Of a stretch of 64,000 bases of DNA, positions 40,603 to 51,893 are shown one piece after another. The stretch covers positions 416,001-480,000 of the forward strand of contig CAWJYV010000007.1 of NCBI GenBank assembly GCA_963847185.1. The letters are read 5' to 3'. Within the stretch, counting starts at the first letter, position 1; each line of letters begins with the position of its first letter. The DNA is from an uncultured Methanosarcinaceae archaeon. Lineage in GTDB: Archaea; Halobacteriota; Methanosarcinia; Methanosarcinales; Methanosarcinaceae. The notes under the pieces are model-generated. The model was not told the DNA's origin and did no database searches. It saw nothing but the letters and a program-made list of their open reading frames with translations. The position numbers and the translations under genes are program-made.

Positions 40603-41707
40603 CATTTAAGCAAAAAAACATCTTTTCATCTATTCCAAAGTTTACTGATGCTGCTTGTCCTATGAATCTTGTCGATATCATCTTGTTATTGGGCAAACTA
40701 ACGTTGTCTGTAATCATTTCTTATTATCTTCATAATTTGTTTTCATGGTCTAGGGTGGGAAACGATGATAGATGAAAAATAAGGAGTGAATATGTATTCC
40801 CTGTGAACTCAACAATAGGCAAATTATATTCATATATCTTGTAAATGATCACAAAGTGAGCCTTTTCTCTAAATTATCTGCAATTGAAATATTTCCGCCA
40901 CCTTTTTGTAAGTTTTATAGGAAATTCTCCATAAATCCTTTTTTGTGTTTTCGTTTGACATTTTTAAGCTTGTTGGCTTACAGATTGCCTCAAAAACAAT
41001 CATAATAAGGGAATAAAAAAGTCGATCATGCTTGTCTGGCGAAAAAATGCTGTTAAAAAACAGTTGAATTAAAAAGGTCATTTAGGTGGTTCACAAGGTT
41101 ATCCTGTATTAGAAGTTTAGTACAGGATCAGTTTTCAAGCTGTCCTATATTTTCCTTCATCTACAGCAAATCCCCCTTATGAACCAATTAATAGTATGTA
41201 AGTTATATTATAAAATATCATCGATAAAATAATAGTTTATTTCGTGAGTTCTTTTCTTTCCTTCATCTATTGTCATATAAACCTGCAGAACTAGGAAGGA
41301 ATTCAGTATTTAACTGAGCTTGTTTTTTAACATCTTTTGGTTGTGCTAGGTAAACCAGAATATCCAGAATTTTTGTTTTTCTGCACAGTCTCCTCTCTTC
41401 AGAAAGATAACCTATCTCATCATTTGAGGCAGGCTCAGAGAGGCTCAAAAAACACGTATTTGCCCAATTTTTAGCCTGATCAAGATTTACAATATGCATT
41501 AAGGATAAATACGTCCCCACAGAGATTAGTTTACTCAATATAAATGTAGCAAAATCTTATTGAATGCTTCATGGGAATAAGAAGTTATTTAGTATTAAAA
41601 GGCCATAAAAACTCAATAGAATGAATAAGTCTATTTAAGGGGTAAAATAAAAGAAATAATGTTATTTCAGAAAATATGGAAGAAATAATATTATTTTAGG
41701 GGATATT

Positions 41708-42379
41708 ATGCTACCAAAATTAATTATCCATAACAGTATAAGTATTGACGGTTCAACTACCGGTTTTGAAGCAAACATTAAAGTTCATTACGGAATTTTG
41801 AGCAGCTACCAGCCTGATGCCATGATAGTAGGTTCAAATACTGCAAAAGCAGGAACTCAGTTTTTCTGTGAAAAAATTCCACCTGAAGATAAATCAGATT
41901 TCTTGAAGCCTGAGATTCAGCCAGACGACCCAAGGGCATACTGGATGATCGCCGATTCCCGTGGAATTCTCGAAGGGATGATGCACGTCTTCAGGCGTTC
42001 CGAATACAGCAAAGACGTCATTGTCCTTGTCTCCGAAAAAACGCCGGAAGCTTACATAAATTATCTTAATGAAAGGAACTATGATTTCATCAGGGCAGGA
42101 CCAGATCGTGTAGATATCAGGCAGGCACTTGAAATCGCAAATGAACGGTATGGTTTCAAACTTGTGGTTTCTGACAGTGGGGGAGTGTTAAACAGCATCT
42201 TACTTGAGCATGAGCTTGTTGAGGAGATCAGCCTGATTATAAGCCCTGAGATTGCAGGAAAGAATGGAACAAATCTTTTCAGAAATCTCGAAAAGGTTGG
42301 AATTAAACTTGAACTTCTAAGGGATGAAATCGTGGAAAAGAAATATGTGCATCTGGTGTATAGGGTTTTGAAGGAATAA
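41708..42379 (+). CDS. RibD C-terminal/dihydrofolate reductase-family protein
   Basis: HNSISIDG, VGSNT and DSGGVLNS..L...LVEEISLIISP. Confidence 0.88.
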   Translation: MLPKLIIHNSISIDGSTTGFEANIKVHYGILSSYQPDAMIVGSNTAKAGTQFFCEKIPPEDKSDFLKPEIQPDDPRAYWMIADSRGILEGMMHVFRRSEYSKDVIVLVSEKTPEAYINYLNERNYDFIRAGPDRVDIRQALEIANERYGFKLVVSDSGGVLNSILLEHELVEEISLIISPEIAGKNGTNLFRNLEKVGIKLELLRDEIVEKKYVHLVYRVLKE

Positions 42380-42745
42380 TACAACAAAAAGTAGGGAATA
42401 AATACAAGCAAATGTATTAATTACTTTAAATAGTGACCTTTTCATTGTCTGATTAAATGTGCCGAGTATTTGTAATACTCTTTGCGCTCAAGTATTTTTA
42501 TATATCCAAATTGAAAGAACGCTCTGTTTTTTGACGATGCGTACAATCCAGCTTTTCTTCTTCTCATTATCAAACCGGAGACAACTTTTGTCCAAGCTGT
42601 CTTTTTAGCTGTATTTCAAGGGTGGTAAATGTAAATTATAGGGACTGTAAGTTACGTAATTTGGAAAAAATACAGCAGTTTAAATATAATCTAAAAAATT
42701 CAAAGTTGTATAAAGTTTATTCCCTGAGGAGAATTTCTCTCCTTC

Positions 42746-44209
42746 TCAGGCTTTGTGCTTTACCTTTACCAGGAAACTAGAGACTATTTTCTGGAATGCT
42801 GGATCTTCACGAAGGATTATACCGTAGTAAACAGGTGTTAGAATTCCTACTGCTAAAAGAATTACATAAAAGTTTACAGATAGCATATCCAGTATAATTA
42901 AAGGAACACAAACAGCAAGTCCGATTACAATGTACTTAATCAGAATTTTTAAGCTCTTCATTTTATCAATCCCTGCAAGGTTCAGCAGATATGCATTATT
43001 CCAGAGCCAGAAGAGAACTCCTGTAAAGCTAAAAAGGCTGAGGGTAAACTCCGGGCTTTCTCCATAAGTTCCGCCTATTACCAGTGCTGCGACTCTTGAG
43101 ATTAGTAATATTATACTGAAGGTAAGCCATACTCCTTGTTTATCGAATACACTGTAGAGAGTTGAAATAGGAGAGGACAGATATACAAGGAATATCCATG
43201 GTATAAGGATCCTTACATAAGTACCTGCTACGGCCCAGCTTTTTCCAAAGGCAAACGTAAATATTTCTTCTCCCAGGAGCAGGAGGAGAAGCATTGGAAA
43301 TATTCCCGTTGAAATTAATTTTTTATATACTTCTTCAACTATAACTTTCATATCTCCCTTTTCGGTCCCATTTTTTACCAGGCTGATTTTCTGGAAAAAT
43401 ACCTGTCCTATGGCGGCACCTACAAGCCCCATGGGCATATTTACTACCTGATTGGCAAGTCCAAAATGTCCTACAACACTTGTCCCGTAAAAATAAGTAA
43501 GCAAAAAAGTAGGAACTTGTGGTGAAATAGTGTTTGCTAGCGTAGACCAGGAACTGAATAACGGGAAATTTTTATACCTGACAGCTACTTCCTTCATTTT
43601 CTTTATTGATACTTTTTTGAAAACTTCTGCATCTTTTCCCACTCCCTTGAGCATAACAAGGTCTGCAATCCCATATCCAGCAGTGTATCCAACTATCAGA
43701 CCAAAGGGAGATATACTCCATATGGGGATAAGCAACTGGAATATTTTGGTTGAAAGAGTGTTTGAGATTCTCGATCCTGCTATGACTCCATAACGAACTC
43801 TTCTTGAAAGCCAGTAATTCTGCACGAAAAACAAACCGTTAAGAAAAATTACTGGTGCAAGATAAACTAGGTATTTCAAAAGGCCCTCAGCCTTAAGAAT
43901 ATGCTCTACATCTTGAGGAATGAATGGCACTATTATGGCTGTAAGTACAGATACAAAAGTCAGCAATATCAAGCTTAGGAAAGCAACATTTGCAGAGTCT
44001 TCTTCTGTTTTTGGCAACATTATGGCGAACTGATAGGAAAAAGTAGAGAATATTACCAGTATGCCTGATACCGCGAGAAAAATTTGAAATACTCCGAAAT
44101 CGTCTGGACTATAGATTCTGGTTATTAGAGGTACAAGAAGTATGCTCAAAATCTGTGAAGTAACACTTCCGGATACGAGTTTTAATACATTGGAAATAAA
44201 GTTTGACAT
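42746..44209 (-). CDS. Oligosaccharide flippase (Wzx/MOP family)
   Basis: PLITRIYSPDDFG and many TM helices. Confidence 0.92.
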   Translation of the reverse strand: MSNFISNVLKLVSGSVTSQILSILLVPLITRIYSPDDFGVFQIFLAVSGILVIFSTFSYQFAIMLPKTEEDSANVAFLSLILLTFVSVLTAIIVPFIPQDVEHILKAEGLLKYLVYLAPVIFLNGLFFVQNYWLSRRVRYGVIAGSRISNTLSTKIFQLLIPIWSISPFGLIVGYTAGYGIADLVMLKGVGKDAEVFKKVSIKKMKEVAVRYKNFPLFSSWSTLANTISPQVPTFLLTYFYGTSVVGHFGLANQVVNMPMGLVGAAIGQVFFQKISLVKNGTEKGDMKVIVEEVYKKLISTGIFPMLLLLLLGEEIFTFAFGKSWAVAGTYVRILIPWIFLVYLSSPISTLYSVFDKQGVWLTFSIILLISRVAALVIGGTYGESPEFTLSLFSFTGVLFWLWNNAYLLNLAGIDKMKSLKILIKYIVIGLAVCVPLIILDMLSVNFYVILLAVGILTPVYYGIILREDPAFQKIVSSFLVKVKHKA

Positions 44210-44267
44210 ATTGCTTCCAACTTTGAAATATAAATCCTGATGTAGGGGGCGTTTTTCACCCGGATCT

Positions 44268-46217
44268 TTATTTTGTAATGACGTTTCTTTCTTTTAAGTA
44301 GGCAGTTACTTCTTTGTTATCATACACCTGTGAGTATTCAGAAGTTTCAAATTTCTTGAAAAAGTCTTCTGGTAAGGGCTGGATAAAATTCACTCCATAA
44401 CGTTCAGGGTCGTTAATAGAGACAGGCTCCTTAAGAGTTGTTTTTCTCAATAATATCATCGGGTCTCTATCTATCTCTCCTGTCTGTATATGCTGATTAT
44501 TAAAATATGTTGCGTTACTATAGTCGTATCCTGGGTTACAGTAAAAAAGGCAACTGTCGTAAGGGGAGTCCAGCAGAAGGTCTCCAGTGTACTTTCCAGA
44601 TATTGTTTTGATAGCCTGAATTTCAATGTCTTTAAACTGGTTTCTTACGGTTGTATCCTTTGCCACAAGAGGATTGTCTTTATTGATTCCTGGCGTTGTA
44701 ACCATAACAAAAGAGAACAAGAGGACTATTATAAAGATTGCAGGAATCTTTAATTTTTTCGAGCCAAAAAGGCTTACCAGCTTCAATATATATGAGGCTG
44801 CCACAAGCACAAGAAACACTGCTATCAAAGGGAACCATCTGCTTGTCAGGAAATTCCTCATTCCAAGTAAAGGAATCCCGTAAGCAAGACTATACAATAT
44901 GGCAACTATTAAAGCAACTGAGAATTTGTCGAGTTTTTTGGCATCCTCACGGGAACACCATGCTAATACTCCTCCTATCGCAAAAAAAGGTAGAGCAAGG
45001 TAGCTGATGTGAAGTAAGAGTACCTCCAGTGAATTCTGGTTTGTTGCGGTACCAGTAATCAGTTCATTTGCTGAATAGCTTGTCCCTGAGGTAAGTACTT
45101 CCATTAGAGGCAAAAAAATCATTTCAAAAAAAGAAGTATCTGTGGTGACATATGTAGACATCCAGTATGTCTGCAGAGTAACTACAAAAAAGAGAATATA
45201 ATTAAAGCCATTTGTTCCAAAAGGAGAATCTTTGTACAGATTTTTGTGCAGGTATTTGCCCAGATAAATTGTAACTACGGCAAGAAGTACTACGAATGTA
45301 GTCAACTGATGGGTTAAAACCATCAAAATAGTGATTAACAGAATGAGACCTGTGTATTTCAATTCCTGCTTTTCGCTGAATATTGCATATGTAATAAATA
45401 TGAAATAACAGAGAACCAGGGAGCCTGGGGTTATATTTGCAATGCCTGTAACGATATTATGGTTGTTCAAGTTTAGAAGTAGGGCTGCAAGCAGACCCAT
45501 CTGGGGGCCTTCAATTTTCTTTCCTATCAGATAAATGGCCGCTGTAATGAAAACACTGGCAAATCCTATGGAATAAAACACTGCATCTTTTACATCTACC
45601 TTGCCCATTAACTGAGTAACTGAAATAAAAATATGGGCAAGTGGGTAATAGAAATACTTGCTACTTATCTGAAGAGGGGCAACAAATCCCGTGTCAGAGA
45701 TTATCCTTGCCATGTTTACATGAAAATAAGCATCATAACCCATGAGGCTCGGGAAATTGTAAAAAATTCCGGCCCGTATAAGAATAGAAAGCAGAAATAT
45801 TTGGAGTAATATAGAGCTTACCCTGTCTCCTTCTCTAACATAAAGGATCTGGGAGGCAACGATGCCTGCCAGGACGCATATCAGTATAAAGTAAGATATG
45901 GGCCTGTAATACAGGTTCATACTGTATATGAATATGCATGTCAGGAAGATGAGATAAAATGAAATACTCAGAATAGTTTTTAGTTTACTTGTTTCTGAAG
46001 ATATGGGGGCTTCACTTTTAAATTTCTTTCTGAAAATGATATATATTAAACAGGCAGATAGTATGGTAACTCCAATGTCCTGCTGGTTTAAATTAAATAG
46101 GTAGTACAAAGAAATAATCGATACCCCTATATTGAATCCCATAACGCCGAGAATTACATCTAAGTTTTTTGTAAATTTCTCTGCATATCTTCTTATAAAT
46201 TCCATACAACCCCACAA
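44268..46217 (-). CDS. Polytopic membrane protein of a glycan cluster (GT-C/DUF2206-like)
   Basis: GYDAYFH, YYPLAH, LTHQLT and C-terminal VYDN. Confidence 0.7.
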   Translation of the reverse strand: MWGCMEFIRRYAEKFTKNLDVILGVMGFNIGVSIISLYYLFNLNQQDIGVTILSACLIYIIFRKKFKSEAPISSETSKLKTILSISFYLIFLTCIFIYSMNLYYRPISYFILICVLAGIVASQILYVREGDRVSSILLQIFLLSILIRAGIFYNFPSLMGYDAYFHVNMARIISDTGFVAPLQISSKYFYYPLAHIFISVTQLMGKVDVKDAVFYSIGFASVFITAAIYLIGKKIEGPQMGLLAALLLNLNNHNIVTGIANITPGSLVLCYFIFITYAIFSEKQELKYTGLILLITILMVLTHQLTTFVVLLAVVTIYLGKYLHKNLYKDSPFGTNGFNYILFFVVTLQTYWMSTYVTTDTSFFEMIFLPLMEVLTSGTSYSANELITGTATNQNSLEVLLLHISYLALPFFAIGGVLAWCSREDAKKLDKFSVALIVAILYSLAYGIPLLGMRNFLTSRWFPLIAVFLVLVAASYILKLVSLFGSKKLKIPAIFIIVLLFSFVMVTTPGINKDNPLVAKDTTVRNQFKDIEIQAIKTISGKYTGDLLLDSPYDSCLFYCNPGYDYSNATYFNNQHIQTGEIDRDPMILLRKTTLKEPVSINDPERYGVNFIQPLPEDFFKKFETSEYSQVYDNKEVTAYLKERNVITK

Positions 46218-47734
46218 TATGATAATTTTTTATAATTAAATCCTTCCGTAGTAAAATATTTTTTGTTTGTTTTGGATCAATATGTGAATTTTACTTCTTC
46301 TTATTCTTCTATCTTCAAGCTTCAGATTATTCCTCGATCTCTTTAATATTATTTATTCTGTAGTGGGTCCGAGTTCGATATCCTCTAAAATTTTTATTAA
46401 TATTGCAGAATTTTTGTAAATTTAAGATAATTTCCGCATTACGTGTTAATGCTAGAGAGGTAAAGATGTTCTTCATATCTCTTTAAGGAGGAGCAGTTTT
46501 GTAAGCTTCACATTCTACTTTAATTAAGTACTTCTTATTAAGAAATCAGACTTATTTTGTTTCTTGGTAAAAAGCTCAATACCCTATGCTCAAAAATATT
46601 TCTTGATTATTCGGGTAACAATAATTTCCAAGATTTATTTGAAAGTAAAGGTTTTACTCTTCCTTTTTTGTAAGCAATCTCCACAGTTCTTGACATATAT
46701 TAATTTTTTATTCTCTTTTTACCTTTCATTTTGCTTTTTGAATCTCTCACTTCATTAAATATTTAATTATTTTTTGAATATTTATCCCTTTCTGCATGTA
46801 TGGATTAATAGATTATTTGTATCAATCCTGATAAAATAGCGCAACTAGAAGCAATTTCTAAACTAAAACAAATTTATATTCACGTTAGATCTCTGGAGAA
46901 GTTTCTTCAGGTAATAAACTTCGAGGTTCTATAACTACCTCTGATTATGGAGAACTATAACTGTTGGACCCTTTCCCCTTTACGAGTTAATCCCTTTGAT
47001 TTTTTTCTCTTATATTGTTCCCCTTAAATGAATAAATATTATTAGAATATAACTTTTAGCTTTATCTTAATATTTCTCCTTATTCTCTTAGTTCCTCATT
47101 TCTTTAATTCATCCACATCCTTATTTTAGTGGGTTGAGATTCATCAGTAATGTTGGAGGATAAGACTTACAATTGACATTTTTGATATTTTTGGCTTCCA
47201 AGACCAGAAGTATCAACTAATTTATACTCCTGCGAATTAAATCATTTGAAATTTCATCTTTAGATTACTCTTTGGTAGACAATTGACTCTGAATGGTGAG
47301 CTTTAACTGCTTTTTAATTTTTTTCATCAAATAATCGGTGTCCACTTTAATAGCTAATGATTTGTCTAATCAGATTAAGATCCCCTCAATTACACCTAAG
47401 CTGTATATGCATAGGTATATCTAACTCCCAAATTGCAAAGCTATATATTTATAATTTAAAAACACGAAAAATATCAATTTATTGTACTACAACTTCACGA
47501 TAATCATATTATAAGCTTAATTAGTAAACTGAATTTTCGCTACTGTGCAGATAATCCCTAATTGGCCAATAACTTATGCTATATCTTCGATAGTATCTTT
47601 AAACAGTTATCAAAGTCATGTGTTAACTTTATATATTTCTTAGTCTAATAATTTTTTGTATGATAGCCTTTAATATTTTTGCATTTATACACATAAAGGG
47701 GGTTATAGCATATGCAGATGTATAAGGGGGTGGA

Positions 47735-49336
47735 TTGGGTTTGTTTTCAACCCTTACGCTTGGTCTTAATTCTCTGATTTCCGATCCTGTTAGTATAGTG
47801 TCTTCTCCATCTCAACTTACCGATAGATTACTCAGGCATGAATTTACAGTTTTAATTCCAGCTCAGAATGAAGAAGCTTCTATCGGAAGCAAAGTTTTAT
47901 TGGCGGCAAGTTACGCTGATCGTGTGCTCGTTCTTGATCAGGGCTCTACTGATCGAACTATGGAAGTGGCAGCTCTCGGAGGAGCGCGAGTTGTTCCTCT
48001 GACAGGTGGAGAAGAATCCTTGCTCAAGGTTTTCTACAGAGCATCCCTTGATTCGGAAATAGTCGTTCTCATCTATCCGGAGTGTATGCAGGATATAGAT
48101 CTACTTTCTCATGTTCTTGAACCTTTGAGGCAGGGTTTCGATCTGTCTGTAGGTTCCTGGCCCTGTCGCGTCTCTTCTGAGCAAGAAACAGTAATGCTTC
48201 TGAATGGGAAAACTACCTTTAAGGAAAAAATAGGGTTCCTTGCCGTAACAGCAGATTCAATGCATAAAATAAATTCGGGCAATGAATATCCATCCTTGAA
48301 ATCCTTACTCTCTGCGGCAAAGACAGAAAAGCTCAAAGTCAACTACCTGAGCTTTGATGTGGATCCTGTATTCCGGAAGCTTGAGAGTACACGTATAGGA
48401 GTTGTCGTACCTGCTTATAATGAAGAATTACTTATAGGGGAGACTCTCAGAGGAATTCCTGAATACGTTGATCGAATCTATATCGTTGATGACGGTAGTA
48501 TCGATCGCACAGGTGAGATCGTAAAGAAGTTCGGAGATCCGAGAATCGTATATTTGTGCCATGAAGTTAACAAAGGTGTAGGTGCGTCAATAATTGATGG
48601 GTACAAGCTTGCCCTGAAAGATGAAATGGATGTAGTTGCTGTTATGGCTGGGGACAACCAGATGGATCCCGTCCAGCTTCCAAGGTTAATTTTCCCGATA
48701 ATTGAGGGAAGAGCTGATTATACAAAGGGTAACAGATTACTTACCAGCGATTTTATGACTGGAATGAGCACGTGGAGATCATTTGGAAATCTTCTTCTTA
48801 GTTTTATCACAAAAATAGGTAGTGGATACTGGCAGGTTATGGATCCGCAAAACGGATACACAGCCATCTCCAAGCAGGCCCTTGAGGTTATTGATCTGGA
48901 TTCGGTCTATCCTTATTATGGCTATTGTAACGATCTTTTGATCAAGCTTAATGCGTTTGGGATGAGAGTAATGGATGTGGTTATGCCCGCCCGTTACGGT
49001 GCAGAAAAATCGAAGATTCGATATGGAAAGTTTATTCGCAAAGTAGGTCCTATGATTTTCAGAGGTTTTCTCTGGAGGCTAAGGGTAAAATATACTGTGC
49101 TGGACTTTCACCCTCTGGTCTTGTTCTACTTCCTTGGAATGCTTTCTTTACCTGTAGGTATCCTGTTAGGATTATGGGGTCTTTTGCAGATGCTATTACA
49201 AAATCCCCTTCCTCCTTATTATCCCCTGCTGGGCTTCCTTGTACTGGGTGCGGGACTCCAAATGCTTCTTTTCGGAATGCTCTTCGATATGCAGGTTGAA
49301 AAGAAAAGAAATGAAAGAATAGGACTTGCTCGTTAA
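47735..49336 (+). CDS. Two-domain GT2 glycosyltransferase with C-terminal TM helices
   Basis: Degenerate IPAQNEE..DQGSTD, then intact VPAYNEE..DDGSIDRT..AGDNQMDP. Confidence 0.92.
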   Translation: MGLFSTLTLGLNSLISDPVSIVSSPSQLTDRLLRHEFTVLIPAQNEEASIGSKVLLAASYADRVLVLDQGSTDRTMEVAALGGARVVPLTGGEESLLKVFYRASLDSEIVVLIYPECMQDIDLLSHVLEPLRQGFDLSVGSWPCRVSSEQETVMLLNGKTTFKEKIGFLAVTADSMHKINSGNEYPSLKSLLSAAKTEKLKVNYLSFDVDPVFRKLESTRIGVVVPAYNEELLIGETLRGIPEYVDRIYIVDDGSIDRTGEIVKKFGDPRIVYLCHEVNKGVGASIIDGYKLALKDEMDVVAVMAGDNQMDPVQLPRLIFPIIEGRADYTKGNRLLTSDFMTGMSTWRSFGNLLLSFITKIGSGYWQVMDPQNGYTAISKQALEVIDLDSVYPYYGYCNDLLIKLNAFGMRVMDVVMPARYGAEKSKIRYGKFIRKVGPMIFRGFLWRLRVKYTVLDFHPLVLFYFLGMLSLPVGILLGLWGLLQMLLQNPLPPYYPLLGFLVLGAGLQMLLFGMLFDMQVEKKRNERIGLAR

Positions 49337-49337
49337 A

Positions 49338-49366
49338 ATCCGGAAATCCACTTTCCGGATCTTTTT
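49338..49366 (+). terminator. Hairpin plus T-tract
   Basis: ATCCGGAAA-TCCAC-TTTCCGGAT then CTTTTT right after the stop codon. Confidence 0.7.
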
Positions 49367-49815
49367 ATCTCACTCCGCTGTTCTTTATTTCGAAAGTCTT
49401 ACTTGATAAAAGTTCTTTTTGTTCAAACTTTTTCAATGAATAACCTTAAAAATAGTCACTGCTCTGACCTTTTAGGTTATAGAGAAAAGATTTTGCGGGA
49501 TCAATCGTTTTGATATAATTTAAAATATTTTTATGCTCGATTTTTAAAATATTTTTATTAAGTTTGGGTATTAGGAGGTCTGGATAAACTCAATTCCGAA
49601 AGAGTCATAAAAAGTTGAAGTGTACCTTAATTTTCTATTCCAGCGCGGGAAAAAAGTATTAAGCAACAGCAAAGCAACAGAAGGCATGAGAATTTTCTCT
49701 TTTTCATAGACTAAACATATTGAAGGAAAAAATTATTGATATCAGGTATACTCTATGGTGAGTTTAGGTCTATAATTTTTGTTTTGCCCATCGGAACTAT
49801 AGAATGCAATATAGT

Positions 49816-49933
49816 TAGGACTTACGCACTTGAGGTTCAAAATAAAGATCAATAGACATCACTAATAAATCGATGCTTTAGACAGTTGAAGGTTTGATGC
49901 TGTTGATTATTCAGTTCAACCGCGTAAGTCCTA
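49816..49933. mobile_element. 118-bp MITE-like element, copy 2
   Basis: TAGGACTTACGC...GCGTAAGTCCTA; about 95% identical to 6937-7054. Confidence 0.9.
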
Positions 49934-50322
49934 TTTGATTTATTTGTGAGCAGCCTATCTTTCTCGAAATATTAGATAGAGCGTTTAGAAAAACAGTTAT
50001 ATATGATCTTCAGAGGTAATTTCTGGAATTTTGTAAGGAGAATATCTGCTCAGGTTATTTGCCTGACAATATCATATTTATATCTATCCCTTCTGGTTTA
50101 ACCTATTATTTGATTAACAGTGTTAAAGGGAATATAACTTCGCAATCATTTTTTTCTAATTTTATTTTTACTGTCATATGCCAAAATTTTTTATACTCTT
50201 ATGATGTTTCACTAAATAAGAAGGCTTTTTGGGCCATTGGGATTTTACATTACTAATATAACTCTCAATATTATTTCCGATTAATATTGTTTTATAGGTG
50301 TGCATGATTGCACGGGGGTCCT

Positions 50323-51219
50323 ATGAAGGGAACTTTTTCGGTTACAGTCGATCTTGAAGATTGGTATCATATTCCATCTGTATGCAGTTCTCCTTATGCT
50401 GTTTACAGGAATGTAAATGAGTTCTTTGAAAAATGGAAAGGCAAATATGACTATCTAACTGAGCCTACAAATAGGGTACTGGATATACTCGATGAATTTA
50501 ATGTAACTGCTACGTTCTTTGTGGTTGCGGACATTATAGAACATTATCCCGGACTGATAGAGTCGGTTGTAGAAAGAGGGCATGAGCTTGCTTGTCATGG
50601 GCTGCACCATGCCTGTAAAATAGATCCTGATACTAAAAAACCTTTAATGAATATCGGGGAATTTGAGCAGAGGACACTACTTGCAAAGAAGATGCTGGAA
50701 AAAATTAGCGGTGAAAAAATAGTCGGATACAGAGCACCAAATGCCCTTATAGGCGGTTGGATGCTTGATTCTCTCGAAAATATGGGGTTCAAATATGACT
50801 CCTCGGTATCCGTAAATTCTCTCTATAATAAAACGGATTCGGCTTTAAAAACAGTCTCCTCAATCCCTTACTATCCTCTCGAAGGAGAGCTCGAAACTGG
50901 TGATGACCGAAATTTTATTGAATTTCCCTGGGCCTATTATCAAAATGTCCTGAAAATTCCAGCATGTGGAGGTCCTGTCCTTCGCTTTTTTGGGGCTCCA
51001 CTCGTGTTAAATGGACTTGTCCAGAGCTTAAAAAGAGGACATACCATCTTCTATTTCCACTCACTGGATATTTCCTGTTCCAGGTTCCCTTCTGTGGGGA
51101 ATGGAAGGCCTTTTTACTGGTGTATAAAAGGAAAGCTAGTTGAACAGAGAATTCGTTATATCCTGAGCAAATTAAACGAAGTTGACAAGATATGCTTGCG
51201 AGAGTATCCCGAAATATAA
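50323..51219 (+). CDS. Polysaccharide deacetylase (DUF3473-associated type)
   Basis: TVDLEDWYH, ATFFV, HELACHG, GYRAP and FYFH. ATG 50323 follows GGGGGT. Confidence 0.92.
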   Translation: MKGTFSVTVDLEDWYHIPSVCSSPYAVYRNVNEFFEKWKGKYDYLTEPTNRVLDILDEFNVTATFFVVADIIEHYPGLIESVVERGHELACHGLHHACKIDPDTKKPLMNIGEFEQRTLLAKKMLEKISGEKIVGYRAPNALIGGWMLDSLENMGFKYDSSVSVNSLYNKTDSALKTVSSIPYYPLEGELETGDDRNFIEFPWAYYQNVLKIPACGGPVLRFFGAPLVLNGLVQSLKRGHTIFYFHSLDISCSRFPSVGNGRPFYWCIKGKLVEQRIRYILSKLNEVDKICLREYPEI

Positions 51220-51893
51220 TATATTTATTTCTAGTATTGTTTTCTGTTTTGCTATCAGAAACAATTTCCAAATCATATATCTCTCAGGAAACCATTATTT
51301 ACCCCTGAAAGTATCTTTAGTTAGTTGTTGAATATATTCATTCTTATATTACTCCATTGATTAAACTGTCGCATCCACTTCCTATGAAAATTCATGATTA
51401 TACTCTCAGTTTAAATCTATACTCAGTAGGTTGAATTACCTATTCTGAGTACTTTACCTGGACTTTGAATGGTTATCAGGAGTTCTGTCTTAAGTTTTGT
51501 GAAAAACAATTGACTGATTTTGTATATCTCAGAAAATCTGTTCATAAAGAGCTTGATTTCAGATCTCGCCATAAATTTCTCGAAAAATAGTGAATTATCT
51601 AAGTAAAGGATTAATACCCGAAAGCCTTTAATTCTTGAAAATTTTTAATCCATCGAAACATTAATTATATTGAGGCAGGTATATCAACCTGCGCTCCAGG
51701 CACAACTATTAACTATTTGTTGGGCCGATTGGATAGGTAAAAATAAAAAGGAGAATGTAACAAAAAGCTATATGCGAAAGTTTTTGAGCCTGTTAATTGC
51801 CTTCTCAAGCAATACTCTAAAAGAATTAAAATGTTTTTCAGGGTCGGCTTCATACCCGGGTGCAGAAACTGGACTTTGTAACTTTCGGAAAGG

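Noticed and set aside
40569-41538. ORFs at 40569, 40869 and 41263
   Set aside because: Short, motif-free and without convincing SD; possibly decayed sequence
46218-47734. 1.5-kb AT-rich gap as a hidden gene or array
   Set aside because: No sustained reading frame or periodic repeat detectable by eye
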